This document shows, one piece after another, positions 40,060 to 51,444 of a stretch of 64,000 bases of DNA (its first letter is position 1; every line of letters starts with the position of its first letter). This stretch comes from Candidatus Eiseniibacteriota bacterium (GTDB taxonomy: Bacteria > Eisenbacteria > RBG-16-71-46 > CAVPCR01): positions 640,001-704,000 of the forward strand of contig CAWGMA010000002.1 of the NCBI GenBank assembly GCA_963823555.1, written 5' to 3'. The notes below the pieces were generated by a model that worked only from the letters and a program-made list of their open reading frames with translations, did no database searches and was not told where the DNA came from. The translations under genes were made by a program, and so were the position numbers.

Positions 40060-40907
40060 TGCCGGATCGCCGCCCATCCCGCCGCCCCGAGGCCGCTCCC
40101 GGCGCGTCGGCGCTGCTCGTGCTGTTCCTCGCCGCCGTTCCCGCGCCACCGGTGCGCGCCGAGATGCCATCCGGCGACGATGTATTGCGGCGCGTGGACG
40201 CCAACATCGGCTCAGACACCAAGGCCACGCTCGCGACCATGATCATCCATGGCCGCCGCGGCAACCGCGAGGTCGGTATGCGGTCGTGGATCCAGGGCAT
40301 GGAGCGTTCGTTCACCGATTACCTGTCGCCGGCGCGCGAGCGTGGCACCCGCATGCTCAAGCTCAACGACATGCTGTGGACCTACAGCCCCGCGACCGAC
40401 CGTACCCTCCAGATCTCGGGCCACCTGCTGCGCAACGCGGTGCTCGGCTCGGACCTGTCGTACGAGGACCTGATGGAGGACCCGCGACTTCTCAACCTCT
40501 ACACCGCGACGGTTACCGACAGCGCGACCGTCGACGGCCGCGCGTGCTGGGTGCTCGATCTCCGTGCGCGCGACTCCAGCGTGGCCTACCCGTCGCGGCG
40601 CATCCACGTGGACCAGGAGCGCGGCGTGGTACTGCGCGAGGAGCGCTTCGCAAAGAGCGGTCGGCTGCTCAAGACGACCGAGGTGCGAGAGGTGGTGGCG
40701 ATGGGCGGACGCTGGGTGCCGACGCGGATGGTGTTCCGCGATGCCAACCGCGACGGTGGCGGCACCGAGTTCCTGGTCCACAGCATTGAGTTCGACGTGC
40801 GCATCCCGGAATCCCTATTCACCAAGGCCGCGCTGCGCCGCGGCGGGGAGGTTGACGCACCGGCACCGGCACCTGCTCCTGCTCCCACGCCTGTGCCCGC
40901 GCCCTGA
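40056..40907 (+). CDS. LolA-like outer-membrane lipoprotein-sorting protein
   Basis: SPARERGTRMLK...LWTYSP...LGSDLSYED...SGRLLKT...IPESLFTKAAL; Pro/Ala-rich tail. Confidence 0.85.
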   Translation: MMPDRRPSRRPEAAPGASALLVLFLAAVPAPPVRAEMPSGDDVLRRVDANIGSDTKATLATMIIHGRRGNREVGMRSWIQGMERSFTDYLSPARERGTRMLKLNDMLWTYSPATDRTLQISGHLLRNAVLGSDLSYEDLMEDPRLLNLYTATVTDSATVDGRACWVLDLRARDSSVAYPSRRIHVDQERGVVLREERFAKSGRLLKTTEVREVVAMGGRWVPTRMVFRDANRDGGGTEFLVHSIEFDVRIPESLFTKAALRRGGEVDAPAPAPAPAPTPVPAP

Positions 40908-40913
40908 GACCCC

Positions 40914-43433
40914 ATGCCCAACTTCGTCCCACTCCACTCACGGCGCGCCACCGATGCTGCGCTCACCGGCGGCAAGGCCGCCAGCCTCGCCAAGCTGATC
41001 CGTGCGGGCTTTCCTGTGCCAGCCGGCGTGGTGGTCACGACCGAGGCGTTCCGCCGCCTCAGACGATCCTGCGGCCTGCGACTTCCGGCGGCCGGCGCGC
41101 CGCTGACCGCCGAGGCTCTCGCCGAGGCCCGCGAGCGCATGATCCACGGGGCATGGCCGGACGGATTCGAACGCCGGCTGCTCGACCACACGCGTGCACT
41201 GCGCAGGCCCCTCGCTGTGCGGTCGTCCATGCGCGCTGAGGATGGCCTCGTCGCGTCGTGGGCCGGGCAACTTATTTCGCTGCTCGACGTGGCCGACGAC
41301 GCCGAACTGCTGCGGGCCGTGCGCCAGTGCTTCGCGTCGTGTTTCGGTGAGGACGCCGCCACCTACGCCCACCGGGCCGCGGGAGCCCCGGCCGCCGACC
41401 CGCTCGGCGATGTTGCAGCAGCGGTGCTCGTGCAGGAGATGGCGACGGCCACGGTGACCGGCGTCGCGTTCAGCGCAGACCCGCACAGCGGGCGGAAGTG
41501 CGTGGTGATCGAAGCCGCCGCGGGAGGCTCTGGGAGAGCCGTGGGGGGACGGGTCGTGCCCGACCGGTTCGTGGTGGATGAGCGCGGCGTGCTCGAGGAG
41601 TCTCGGCCAGCCCGGGCGGGCGCCCCGCTGCTCCCCGAGGCGCCGGTGCGGACACTCGCTGCGCTGGCTCGTGACTGCGAGCGATTTGCCGGCGAGCCGC
41701 AGGACATCGAGTGGGCATTGGACGGCGATCGCGCGACGCTGCTTCAGGCGCGACCCATCACCACTCTCAGCGGACAACACGTCTACTCGAACCGCCTCCT
41801 TCGCGAGTGGACGCCGGGACTCGTGGCCCCGCTCCTATGGTCTACTAACAGCCTCGGCATGACGCGCACCGTGTTCCACCGCGTGTTCACCAGCCTCATC
41901 GGCGAAAGTGACTTCGACTACAGCACGATCATTCGCCGCATCCACTCGCGGCTCTACGCCGACATGACGCTCATCGGCGGCCTGCTCGAACGCGCCGGGT
42001 TCCCCGCCAACACGTTCGAATGGATGCTGCGTGGCGACAAGGCGCGCTTCCGACCGCCCCGCATGACACCCCGTCTCGTACGCTCGGCCCTGCGCTTCTG
42101 CGTGTTCGCCTGGCGGAATGGGCGCCTCGATCACGAGGTCGAGAGGTTCATCGAGGAGCATGCCCGGCACACCGCACGCCTCCAGGACGTGGACTGGCCG
42201 GTCGCGGGAAACGAGGTGCTCGCATCCACCAGCCGCGATCTGCAGACGCTACATGGCCGCACGCAGTGGTATGCGTGGGTCAGCGCCCTCAACCTGCACA
42301 TCCGCGCCCGCATCCTGGGTCGCATGATCCGACGCCACGCACCCCACGTCGACGTCAAGGACCTTCTGCTCGGTCTGCGTGATGAAGCGGGTGCCAGCCC
42401 GGAGCGCGCGCTCGAACAGGTCGCGCGCGGGGCCGTCGGGCTCGACACCGCAACGCACCTGGCCATGCTGGCCGGCGACGACGACGCCATGCGGGCGCGG
42501 CTCGCCAAGGAAGTGAGCGGCCCGGCGCTCATGCGCGAGGTGGATCGACTGCTCGAACGCTTCGGCCACTTGAGCGCCAACGGCACGGACTTCACGCGGC
42601 CCACCTGGTCCGAGCAACGAGGCCAAGTATGGGTCGCGATCGCGCGCGCGCTACAATCCGGCGGGTCCGTCCAACGCGCTGGCAAATCCAAGCGGGCCGA
42701 TGCGGCGGATCGGGTCCGTGCGGGCTTCGGCCCGGTGAAGCGGCTGGTGTTCGAGCGGCTTCTGCGCTCGACGTCCCGGTGGATGCGCCTGCGCGAGCGT
42801 ACGAGTCTGCTCATGTCGAGGGACGCGGCTGAAATGCGGCGCGTGTTTCTCGAGCAGGGTCGGCGACTCGCGGTCGCCGGGGCCCTCGACGAAGCCCCCG
42901 ACGTCTTCATGCTGATGCTCGATGAGCTACACGAAGCGACCGGGGGTGAGCGGCCCCCCGCGGCGACCCGGGCGCTCGCGCGCCAGCGGCGGCGCGAGAT
43001 GGAGGAGGACGCTCTGATCGAACCCGAAGACACGCTGGCGGGCGAGCAGAGCGAGCGGGTGGTTCCGGCACCGGCAGCAGATCTCGAGTATCTGGTCGGG
43101 ATCCCGGCGAGTCCCGGGGTGCGGCACCTCACCGCGCGCCTCGTTCGGGACCCCACCGCGGTTCGCGGCGTGCTCACGGTGGACGACGCGCTCGTGACGC
43201 CGTTCACCGACGCCGGCTGGACGCTGCTGTTCGCCGAGGTCGGCGCAGTCGTCTCCGAGACCGGAGGCCAGCTTTGCCATGCGGCGATCGTCGCGCGCGA
43301 GTACGGGCTTCCCGCGGTGGTAAGCGTAAGGGATGCGCTGTCGCGCATCCGCGAGGGCCAGCGCATCGTCGTCGATGGCGGTGCAGGGCGGGTTTACCTT
43401 CACGATGGTGATGAAAGGGAAAGCGGCACATGA
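40914..43433 (+). CDS. PEP/pyruvate-binding + PEP-utiliser His-swivel enzyme (RPH/PEPS-like)
   Basis: GGKAASL, AVRSS.RAEDG..SWAG, VLVQEM, QDIEW, LLQARPITT, TDAGW, GGQLCHAAIVAREYGLP. Confidence 0.88.
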   Translation: MPNFVPLHSRRATDAALTGGKAASLAKLIRAGFPVPAGVVVTTEAFRRLRRSCGLRLPAAGAPLTAEALAEARERMIHGAWPDGFERRLLDHTRALRRPLAVRSSMRAEDGLVASWAGQLISLLDVADDAELLRAVRQCFASCFGEDAATYAHRAAGAPAADPLGDVAAAVLVQEMATATVTGVAFSADPHSGRKCVVIEAAAGGSGRAVGGRVVPDRFVVDERGVLEESRPARAGAPLLPEAPVRTLAALARDCERFAGEPQDIEWALDGDRATLLQARPITTLSGQHVYSNRLLREWTPGLVAPLLWSTNSLGMTRTVFHRVFTSLIGESDFDYSTIIRRIHSRLYADMTLIGGLLERAGFPANTFEWMLRGDKARFRPPRMTPRLVRSALRFCVFAWRNGRLDHEVERFIEEHARHTARLQDVDWPVAGNEVLASTSRDLQTLHGRTQWYAWVSALNLHIRARILGRMIRRHAPHVDVKDLLLGLRDEAGASPERALEQVARGAVGLDTATHLAMLAGDDDAMRARLAKEVSGPALMREVDRLLERFGHLSANGTDFTRPTWSEQRGQVWVAIARALQSGGSVQRAGKSKRADAADRVRAGFGPVKRLVFERLLRSTSRWMRLRERTSLLMSRDAAEMRRVFLEQGRRLAVAGALDEAPDVFMLMLDELHEATGGERPPAATRALARQRRREMEEDALIEPEDTLAGEQSERVVPAPAADLEYLVGIPASPGVRHLTARLVRDPTAVRGVLTVDDALVTPFTDAGWTLLFAEVGAVVSETGGQLCHAAIVAREYGLPAVVSVRDALSRIREGQRIVVDGGAGRVYLHDGDERESGT

Positions 43434-44239
43434 CACCGCATGTCCCGCTGGCGGTGCTCGCCGGCTACCTGCTGGGTTCGATCTCGACGGCCCGCCTTGT
43501 CACGCGCCTCGCCGCGCCCGGCGCGCGCGCGCGGCAAGGCACCACTCTCCGGCTGGAGGGCAGCGAGCACACAATGAAGCTGCGGACTGTGAGCGCCACG
43601 TCGGTCTCGCTTCAGATCGGACCTCGGTACGGGTTTCTCACCTACGTGCTCGACTTGCTGAAGATCGCGCTGCCGATGCTGCTCGTGCGCCACCTGTTCC
43701 CGGACCGCACGCTCTACCTCTGGTGTGGTGCCGCCGGCATGCTGGGCCACGTGTGGCCGGTTTGGCACGGATTCCGCGGTGGGCGCGGGATCTCGGTGGC
43801 CTACGGTGGCCTGCTCGTGATCGACCCCATCGGTGTCATCGTCACATCGCTTGCCGGCATGCTTCTCGGGCTCGTGGTCGTGCGCGACGTCATCGTAGCC
43901 TACATGGGTGGTGTCCTGCTCATCGTGCCGTGGGTGTGGCTGCGCACGCACGACGAAGCGGTGATCATGTGGGCGGTGTTCGTCAACATCGTCTTTTCCA
44001 TCGCCATGGTGCCGGAGATCCGCCAGTGGGTCCGGATTCGGCGCCAGGACAAGTGGAATGACACGGCAGAGGTCATGCAGCTATCGGGTATGCTGCGCGG
44101 GATCTTGCGGATGGGCATTGCGTTGCGCCTGGTGAAACGGCGCGACGTGCGCGCGCCAGCGCTCATGACCGAGCCGGGCAAAGAGAGAAGCGCGGAGGCC
44201 GGCGCGCGCCGAGACCCCGGCGAAGCTCCACATCGCTGA
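43430..44239 (+). CDS. Divergent PlsY-like (glycerol-3-phosphate acyltransferase family) membrane protein
   Basis: GYLLGSI, LDLLK, GHVWPVWHGFRGGRG; the canonical GxGNxGxTN and HxxN motifs are not present. Confidence 0.75.
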   Translation: MTPHVPLAVLAGYLLGSISTARLVTRLAAPGARARQGTTLRLEGSEHTMKLRTVSATSVSLQIGPRYGFLTYVLDLLKIALPMLLVRHLFPDRTLYLWCGAAGMLGHVWPVWHGFRGGRGISVAYGGLLVIDPIGVIVTSLAGMLLGLVVVRDVIVAYMGGVLLIVPWVWLRTHDEAVIMWAVFVNIVFSIAMVPEIRQWVRIRRQDKWNDTAEVMQLSGMLRGILRMGIALRLVKRRDVRAPALMTEPGKERSAEAGARRDPGEAPHR

Positions 44240-44373
44240 GGGTCTCGCTGGCGGCCGTACCGCAGGGCAGTCACGATCGACGCGTGGCCATGCGATCGCC
44301 GGCGGCTCCTTCGCTTCGTCGCTTGCCGCCCGCGTGCCTCCGAGTGCCGGAGAAGCTCCGGCTAGCGTCGCCC

Positions 44374-45010
44374 TGTTGCTCCCGAAAACCCATCTTACGG
44401 GGCAGAGGTCGAGTCGGGAGGCGGCCGGGAACACGGCGAGGGTCCGCGCGGCGCGGCTGTCGGGTGAACGAGGCAACAGAGGTAAGGGCCGGCTGGGTTG
44501 GGAACGTCGGCGTCCCCGTCATCCTGTGGCTGGCACGGGATAGATGGTCTGCGAGACGGGGTGGCTTCGTCGCTCGTCAGGCGGCTCGTCGCTCGTAATG
44601 GTGATGCAACCCGCTAACCTCGACGATCTCGACGACCGCGCCGGCTGTGTGCGGTTGAACCGAGCGGTGCTCAGGCGCAAAGGACATGGAACCTCACGGT
44701 CGGTACGACGAAGAAGTCGATGGCGACCGTGTCGGCCAGATGGTTCTTGAGGAACGCCTTCCAAGTTGGCGAGGACGGCTCTCGGGGTCGGACCATGTAC
44801 CGCTCGACGGTGGACTTCGCGACAGCGATGCCGATCTTGCGGAGTTCGCCGAGGACTCTGGGCTCGCCCCAGAGCGGGTTCGCGGAAGACATCCTTCGAA
44901 TGAGTTCGCGGACTTCCTTCGTGACCGCCGGGTGTCCAGGCCTGCCGGACTGGGAAAGTCTGCGCCAGTGATCGCGGAACCGACGCCTCTGCCAGGCGAT
45001 CACCGTCGAA
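44374..45010 (-). mobile_element. Remnant of an rve-family IS with internal deletion and right end
   Basis: WQRRRFRDHWRR...ANPLWGEPRVLGEL...IDFFVVPT joined to C-terminal GLHHHYERRAA*; 44374-44592 repeated at 47907-48125; end TGTTGCTCCCGAAAACCC. Confidence 0.85.
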
Positions 45011-45237
45011 CGAGGAGATCGCGCGTCTCGGTGACCTGGTACGCGCTACAGTCGGTTGCCCGATCGAGGTGATCGTGGACGGCGGCCCCTCGCGGCGGCT
45101 TCTCGAGCCCGGAGGCGCCGGCTCAAACAGCAGTACGCGAACAGGCGCCGGGTGAAAGGCACAACCACGCATCTGCCGCGGTCGAGGTCGTCCCGCCGCT
45201 ACGCTCATCCCGGTCAGCAGTCATCCCGGGTCAGCAG

Positions 45238-47601
45238 TCAGCGAGTCAAGACCATCCGGCCGGTCTCGCTCCGCTCAAGCGCCTCGAACCGATAGAAGTA
45301 GGTGCCGCTCTTCACTTCGTGTCCGAGAGCGTCACGCGCATCCCAGCTCACGACGTGGGAACCTGAGGGCATTTCCTCGTACACCAGCTTGCGGACGAGT
45401 CTGCCGGTCACATCGAAGATGTCGAGCCGCACCCTGCCCGGATTCTCGAGCGAGAAGGAGAGTGCCGTCGATGACCCGAAGGGATTGGGGACGCTCTTGA
45501 CCAACCGCGGCGCAGCGGATGGGGTTTCGGCATCATCCACGGCGACCGGACCCTGGTCGGGCACGGTGAGCACGGCGATGCCCCGGCTGGCGCAGGCCAG
45601 CCAGATCTCGTAGCCGCCGGGGACCGCCCGCACCTCGGCGTCGTAGATCTGCGCGTGCGGCAGTCCCTGGTCGCGGGTGATCGCTCCGAACTCGATCCCG
45701 TCGAACCAGACGAGCGACGGCTCGACGCCCTGGCTGTTGAAGTTCGTGAACCAGACGAGTCCGTCGGGAGACACGGCGAGCGGCGTGACCTGGTCGTCCG
45801 GGAAGGTCGGAGTTGCTTGGTGCCACCACTGGTGCGTGCCGGTGTTCGCGTCGAGGCGGAAGAGACCCTCGGTGCTCCCCACCCAGGCGATGCCCCGGGA
45901 GCCGCGGCGACCGTCGGTGAGCACATCGTGCATCGGGTTGAGCTCGGGGAAGTCGGCGTTCTCGCGCGAGAAGCGGTAGTTGCCGTCGGTGCGCACCACC
46001 TCGAGGTTGGCGCACGCCCAGACGGTGCCGGGACGATCCGGATCCCGGACCGACGTTCGCGCCCCAGCCCGCGATCGGCACCGTCGTGGAAGCCGGTCCC
46101 GTCGTGGTAGCGGAGGCTGAAGTAGTTCCCCATCGTCCAGAGGCGGCCCTCCGAGTCCTCGACCAGTCCGTCGGACGAGGAGCCCTCCTCGAGGGTCGAT
46201 GTAGCCCGCAGCCGTCCCACTCGCGGATGCCGTTGAACATCGGGTTGAAGGCGACGTTGCCCGATCGATTCGCGGTAGGTGATCGCGTCGGCGTTGTCGG
46301 TCGGGAAGGGCCAGTCCTCGCCCGAGCCCGTAGGTCAGGACGTTGTGGTTGTGCCAGCGCTCGCCGTCGAAGACGCCGATGCCGCCGACGCCCGGGCCCG
46401 CGTTGTCGGTGACCCAGACGTCGCCGTTCGGCGCGAAGGCGATGTCGCGGAGGAAGTTGTCCATCTGCCCGGTGTTCGTGATGCGGTAGCGCTGCCAGAA
46501 GCCGGTCTCGGCGTCGCGCCGGGCGGCGCCGCCGTTGCCGGAGACCCAGACGTTGCCCGCGCTGTCCATGTCGATGGCGTAGGTGAAGCCGCCGGCGCGC
46601 CAGCTGCCGAGGTTCGACCAGCCGGCGCCGTCGAAGTGCCAGGCCTCGCTGTTGCCGCCGATGAGGAGGACCTCGCCGTCGCCGAAGGCCCGGAACGGCA
46701 TCGAAGGCATAGAACGGCGAACGGACGGCTGGGCGGCGCCACCCAGGTTCCGTCGGGCCGCCGGTACTCGAGCGAGTAGCCCTGTCCCGGCGTGACGAAG
46801 CGGAGCATCCAGCAGTTGCCCACGTCGTCGCAGGCGTCGTCGTGAGGGATGGCCTCGATCTCGCCCGGGCACGTCGTCGTTCGGCAGCACGGTGAACAGG
46901 TCGGTGTCGCTGTCGTAGCGCGCGATGCCGAAGGCGTCGTCGATCCAGACGAGGTAGCCGCCGCCCGGCTTCGGCTGGACGCGCCGCACTGCTGGTCGCG
47001 GTCCACCCGGGCCAGCCGTTGGCGTTCGAGCCGTAGCCCCAGACCGTCCAGGTGTCCGTGCTCGGGACGTAGCGGGCGAGGCCGCCGCCGTTGCCGTAGC
47101 AGGCGAACCAGACCGATCCGTCGGGCGCCACGCTCACGTCCATCGTGCGCCCGCCGGGCATCGGGGAGTTGCACGGCGTCGTAGCGAACGAGCGAGCTCG
47201 GGCCCGACGGCGGGATCGAAGTAGAGCGCGCCGCGCCAGGTGCCCATCCAGAGCGCGCCGTCGGCGTCGGGCGCGATGTCGCTGATGCGGGCGGCGCCGG
47301 TGTTCTCCGGATCGCCGATGACCGGGTAGTCGACGTTGGAGAAGTTCTCCCAGCGGTTCTCGGCTGCGATGAATCGGGAGAAGCCGCCCTCCTCGAAGAA
47401 CGGGTCGTAGCAGCCGATGTAGGGCGTGCCGTCGGGGGCGATCCAGAGGGCGTCGCTGTAGTCGCCCATGACGCCGGTGTTGCCCGGACGGTAGTACTTC
47501 CAGGAGTACGACTGCGGAGGGTCGGCGGAGGAGTGACCCGTGATGGCGACCAGGAGGGGCAGAACCATCAGCCACGACGACCAAGCACCACGTTCGAACA
47601 T
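45238..47601 (-). CDS. Secreted Reg_prop-like beta-propeller protein with FlgD/T9SS-like tail (multiple frameshifts)
   Basis: Signal peptide; DxxGxxW repeats (DADGALW, APDGSVW, DSAGNVW, SPDGLVW); GLPH; PNPF...FDVTGRLV...WDARD..G....SGTYFYR. Confidence 0.8.
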
Positions 47602-47906
47602 TGATAGCCTCCCGTTCTGAACAGGTTGATGCCGGCTCGGAGGCGGCTCGGTCGCAGATACGCCTCGACCTCCGCACTTCATCATGAACAATAGACAAGG
47701 AGCCCCGAGCCTTTGATACGAGGTTGAGCGGATAAGACTCAGAACCCGCGGTGGTGGCCGCGATTTGTTGGCACGGCTGTCCTGTGGCCACTGGATCACA
47801 GGTGACCTCCCCGACCCCGCAATCCATTCTAGAATAACAGCATAGCACGTTCCGGGCGGAGGATCAGCCGGAAGGTGATCTGCGGCTCGCCAGGGATGAC
47901 GGGGCT

Positions 47907-48395
47907 TGTTGCTCCCGAAAACCCATCTTGCGGGGCAGAGGTCGAGTCGGGAGGCGGCCGGGAACACGGCGAGGGTCCGCGCGGCGCGGCTGTCGGGTGA
48001 ACGAGGCAACAGAGGTAAGGGCCGGCTGGGTTGGGAACGTCGGCGTCCCCGTCATCCTGTGGCTGGCACGGGATAGATGGTCTGCGAGACGGGGTGGCTT
48101 CGTCGCTCGTCAGGCGGCTCGTCGCGGGCGCTTGGCCGATCGCTGGTAGACGGCCAGCTGGTGCCGCAGGGCCAGAATCTCGAGCTGCATCGAGGCACGG
48201 GAGCGGAAGGCGTTGACAATACAGGCGTATATGGCGACGAGGACGGCGTTCATGGTTCGTGGTCGGCTCCGGCGCTGGCGAAAGGCGCGGAGTGTACCAC
48301 GGGGCCTGGCCGGGCCCCTCGGCGGGTGCGAGGCGGTGCGCCGGTGGGATGACAAGGTGAGGCGGGGCAACGACTACGAGTTCTCGGGAGCCACA
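47907..48395 (-). mobile_element. 489-bp mini-IS (internally deleted rve-family element with both ends)
   Basis: IRs TGTTGCTCCCGAAAACCC / reverse complement TGTGGCTCCCGAGAACTC; transposase N-terminus (LEILALRHQLAV) fused directly to RRAA*. Confidence 0.8.
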
Positions 48396-48445
48396 AGACG
48401 CGGGGACCTACCAGGCTCTAGGGAGCGAGAAGATCGAACCCCGCC

Positions 48446-48830
48446 TCATCAAACGGGCCTTCCAGGCTGACGGAACGCCGATCCCCTCGGGCGCCGACGT
48501 CCCCGCCGGCGTAACCGTGAAGTTCCTCTTCTACATCAACAACCCGGGGGACGCGATCCTCGACGTCAGCGCCGGGGACGTGCTCGATCCCGCCGCGTTC
48601 CAGTACCTGCCGGCGACGATCAAGGTCGACGCCTCGGTCGACGTCTGCGCCGATCCGGACTGCACTGCCGCGGAAGAATCCGCTATCTTCGCCGCGGTCG
48701 ATGGCGCTGGGACGCTGACCGATGCGGTCGACGGCGACGTCGCCAGCTTCGACGCCGCGACGAACACGATCGATTTCGGGGACCAGGACCGCCCCAACGC
48801 CACGCTCGACCTGGCTGCCGACGCGGCTCC
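48446..48830 (+). pseudogene. Fragment of an acidic secreted beta-sandwich-like protein
   Basis: LIKRAFQADGTPIPSG...VKFLFYINN...LTDAVDGDVAS...NATLDL; lacks both termini. Confidence 0.5.
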
Positions 48831-49030
48831 AACTGGGGCGGGCAGAAAGGTCGAAACAGCGTTGCGTGACAGCTGGGGCGGGCCCCGTCCCGGAGCCGAG
48901 GGTCCGGCCGCCCGCCCCGGAGGGGCCCCCGGGCCCCCCGGCCGGTAGCCGAACGGCCCATCGCGGCCGGGGCCAGCAGCGGCTATCCTCCCTCGTGCAT
49001 TCCGCCCCCACCTGTCGGAAGGAACTGATC

Positions 49031-51351
49031 ATGCCTCCATTCGTTCGCGTGCTCGCCTCGCTCAAGCTGACGACCGCGCTGCTGATCCTGCTCGCCATCG
49101 TCCTGTCGGTCGGCACCATCCTCGAGTCGCTGCGTGGCACTGCAGCCGCCCGGGCCGTCTACTACGCGCCGTGGTTCTTCGCGCTGCAGGGCGTGTTCGC
49201 GCTCAACGTCACGGCCGCGCTCTGGGCACGCTGGCCGCGCAACCGCTGGCGCATCGGATTCCTGATCACGCACACCTCGATGCTGCTCATCCTCGCGGGC
49301 GCCGTGGTGACCGCGTGGAAGGGCGTAGACGGACAGCTCGGCCTGTGGGAGGGCGAGAGCTCGAACCAGTTCCTGCGCCTCGTGGACGGCCACGAGTCGG
49401 CCACTCCGATTCCGTTCACCGTCCGTCTCGACGACTTCCAGATGGACGTCTATCCCGGCACGCAGCGCGCCTCGATGTACCGGAGCCGCATCACGGTGCT
49501 GGACGGCGGGCGCGCGATCCCGGCCGTGATCGAGATGAACAAGCCGTTCACGCACGGCGGCTACCGCTTCTTCCAGTCCAGCTACCAGTTCAGCGAGGGC
49601 CGCGAGATGTCCGTGCTCTCGGTCGCGAGGGACCCGGGGCAGGACATCGTCTTCTGGGGGTACTACTTGCTCGTCGGCGGCATGCTGGTGGTGATGGTCA
49701 CGCGCATCTTCCAGCACCGTGCCGCCGTGAAGCTGCGCACCGCGCCGGCCGGCGCGCCGGTTGCGAGGCTGCACATCGTGGTGCTCGCCGCCGCGCTCGG
49801 TGCGGCGGCTCTGGCCGGCGGCCCGCCGGCCGCCGGGGCGGCGCAGCTGCCATCCGCCGACGCCCTGCCGGCGCTCAAGCAGTTGCCCGTCCAGTACGAC
49901 GGCCGCGAGATGCCGTTCGACACGCAGGCGCGCGACGCCGTGCTGCAGGTGACCGGCCAGCGGCGCTGGAAGGGCATGGACCCCGTGGCGATGGTGATGG
50001 GCTGGTCGCTCGACCCGGAGGGCTGGATGCGCGAACCGATCGTGAAGATCGACCCGCTCATCGCGACCACCGTCGGCCTGCCCGCGAACACGCGGCACAC
50101 GAGCTACCAGAAGCTGCTCTCCAGTCAGCGGCTGCTCGCGCTCATGGGTCCGGCGCTCGAGCGTGCCAGCCACCGCCACGACCCCGAGCCCGGGGACAAG
50201 GACCTGCTCGAGTTCAACGAGCGCCTCACGGTCCTGCACGTGTTCCTGAACGGCGAGGCCATCCGCACCATGCCGGGCGAGAACCGCGTGGACCTCTGGC
50301 GCGCGCCGCCGTTCCCGAACTCGCTCGAGACGTGGACGAAGATGGAGGCGCAGGCGCGCGCGGGCGCGCCTACGTTCTACCCCACCCCGGCCGCGATCCA
50401 GCGTGAGCTGCTCTACAACGCGGTGGACTTTCCGCGCATCGCCTGGTGGCTGCTGCTGCCCGCCGCGCTCGCCGCCGGCATGACGCTCGAGCGCGACCGC
50501 TGGCGGCTGCGCTGGCTGGTCGCCGCCGGCATGGTCGCCGGCTTCGCGGTGATGACCTGGGGCATCGCGACGCGCTGGCAGGTCGCGCGGGCGCATCCCG
50601 GCCTCGAACATGTACGAGTCGATGCTCTTCCTCGGCTGGGGCGTCGGGCTCTTCGGCGGTGATCTCGCTGCTCGCTGCGCAACCGCATGCTGATCTTCAA
50701 CGCCGCCGCGATGTCGGCGCTCGCCATGCTGCTGCGTCGACCGCCTGCCGATCGACCCGTTCATCCACCCGATGCCGCCGGTGCTCTCCGGCACGCCGTG
50801 GCTCGCGATCCACGTGCCGATCATCATGGTGAGCTACTCGACGTTCGCGATCGCCACGTTCCTCGCCCACCTCGTCCGGTCGGGCGTCGCGGCTCTTCGC
50901 GCCCCGGCGCGCGGCCGAGCTGGCGACGAACGTGGAACGAGCTCGCTCTACTGGTACATGCACGTCGGCTCGATCCTGCTCATCGCCGGCATCCTGACCG
51001 GCTCGATCTGGGCCGCCTCGTCGTGGGGCCGCTACTGGGGCTGGGACCCGAAGGAGGTCTGGTCGCTGGTCGCGTTCCTCGCCTACATGGCGATCCTGCA
51101 CGCGCGCATCGACGGCCAGATCGGCTCGTTCGGCGTCGCGCGTGGTCGCATCGTCGCCTTCTGGACGATCCTGATGACCTACCTCGGGCGTGAACTACGT
51201 CCTCGGCTCGGGGCTGCACTCCTACGGCTTCGGCAGCGGCAACCTCCTCAACACCATGATGGTCGTCGCGCTGCTCGAGGCCGGCTTCATCGTCGCGGCC
51301 TGGCGCGCCGGGAGCACGAAGGCCGTGCCCGCGGCGCCGGCGAGGGCGTAG
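49031..51351 (+). CDS. ccsBA: Fused ResB/CcsB-CcsA cytochrome c synthase (system II; frameshifted at the 3' end)
   Basis: ResB-like N-terminus (LASLKL, GFLITH, MNKP..GGYRFFQSSY, RDPG); NMYES, WLAIHV, WWD motif WGRYWGWDPKEVW, GLHSY. Confidence 0.88.
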
Positions 51352-51444
51352 CGCGCGACCGGTGCGGACGCTGACGGGCCCCTGACGGCGGGCGCCCGAG
51401 AAGCGCTCTAGCTTCAACCCCGCGGAAAGGTGGTCAATGTGAAG

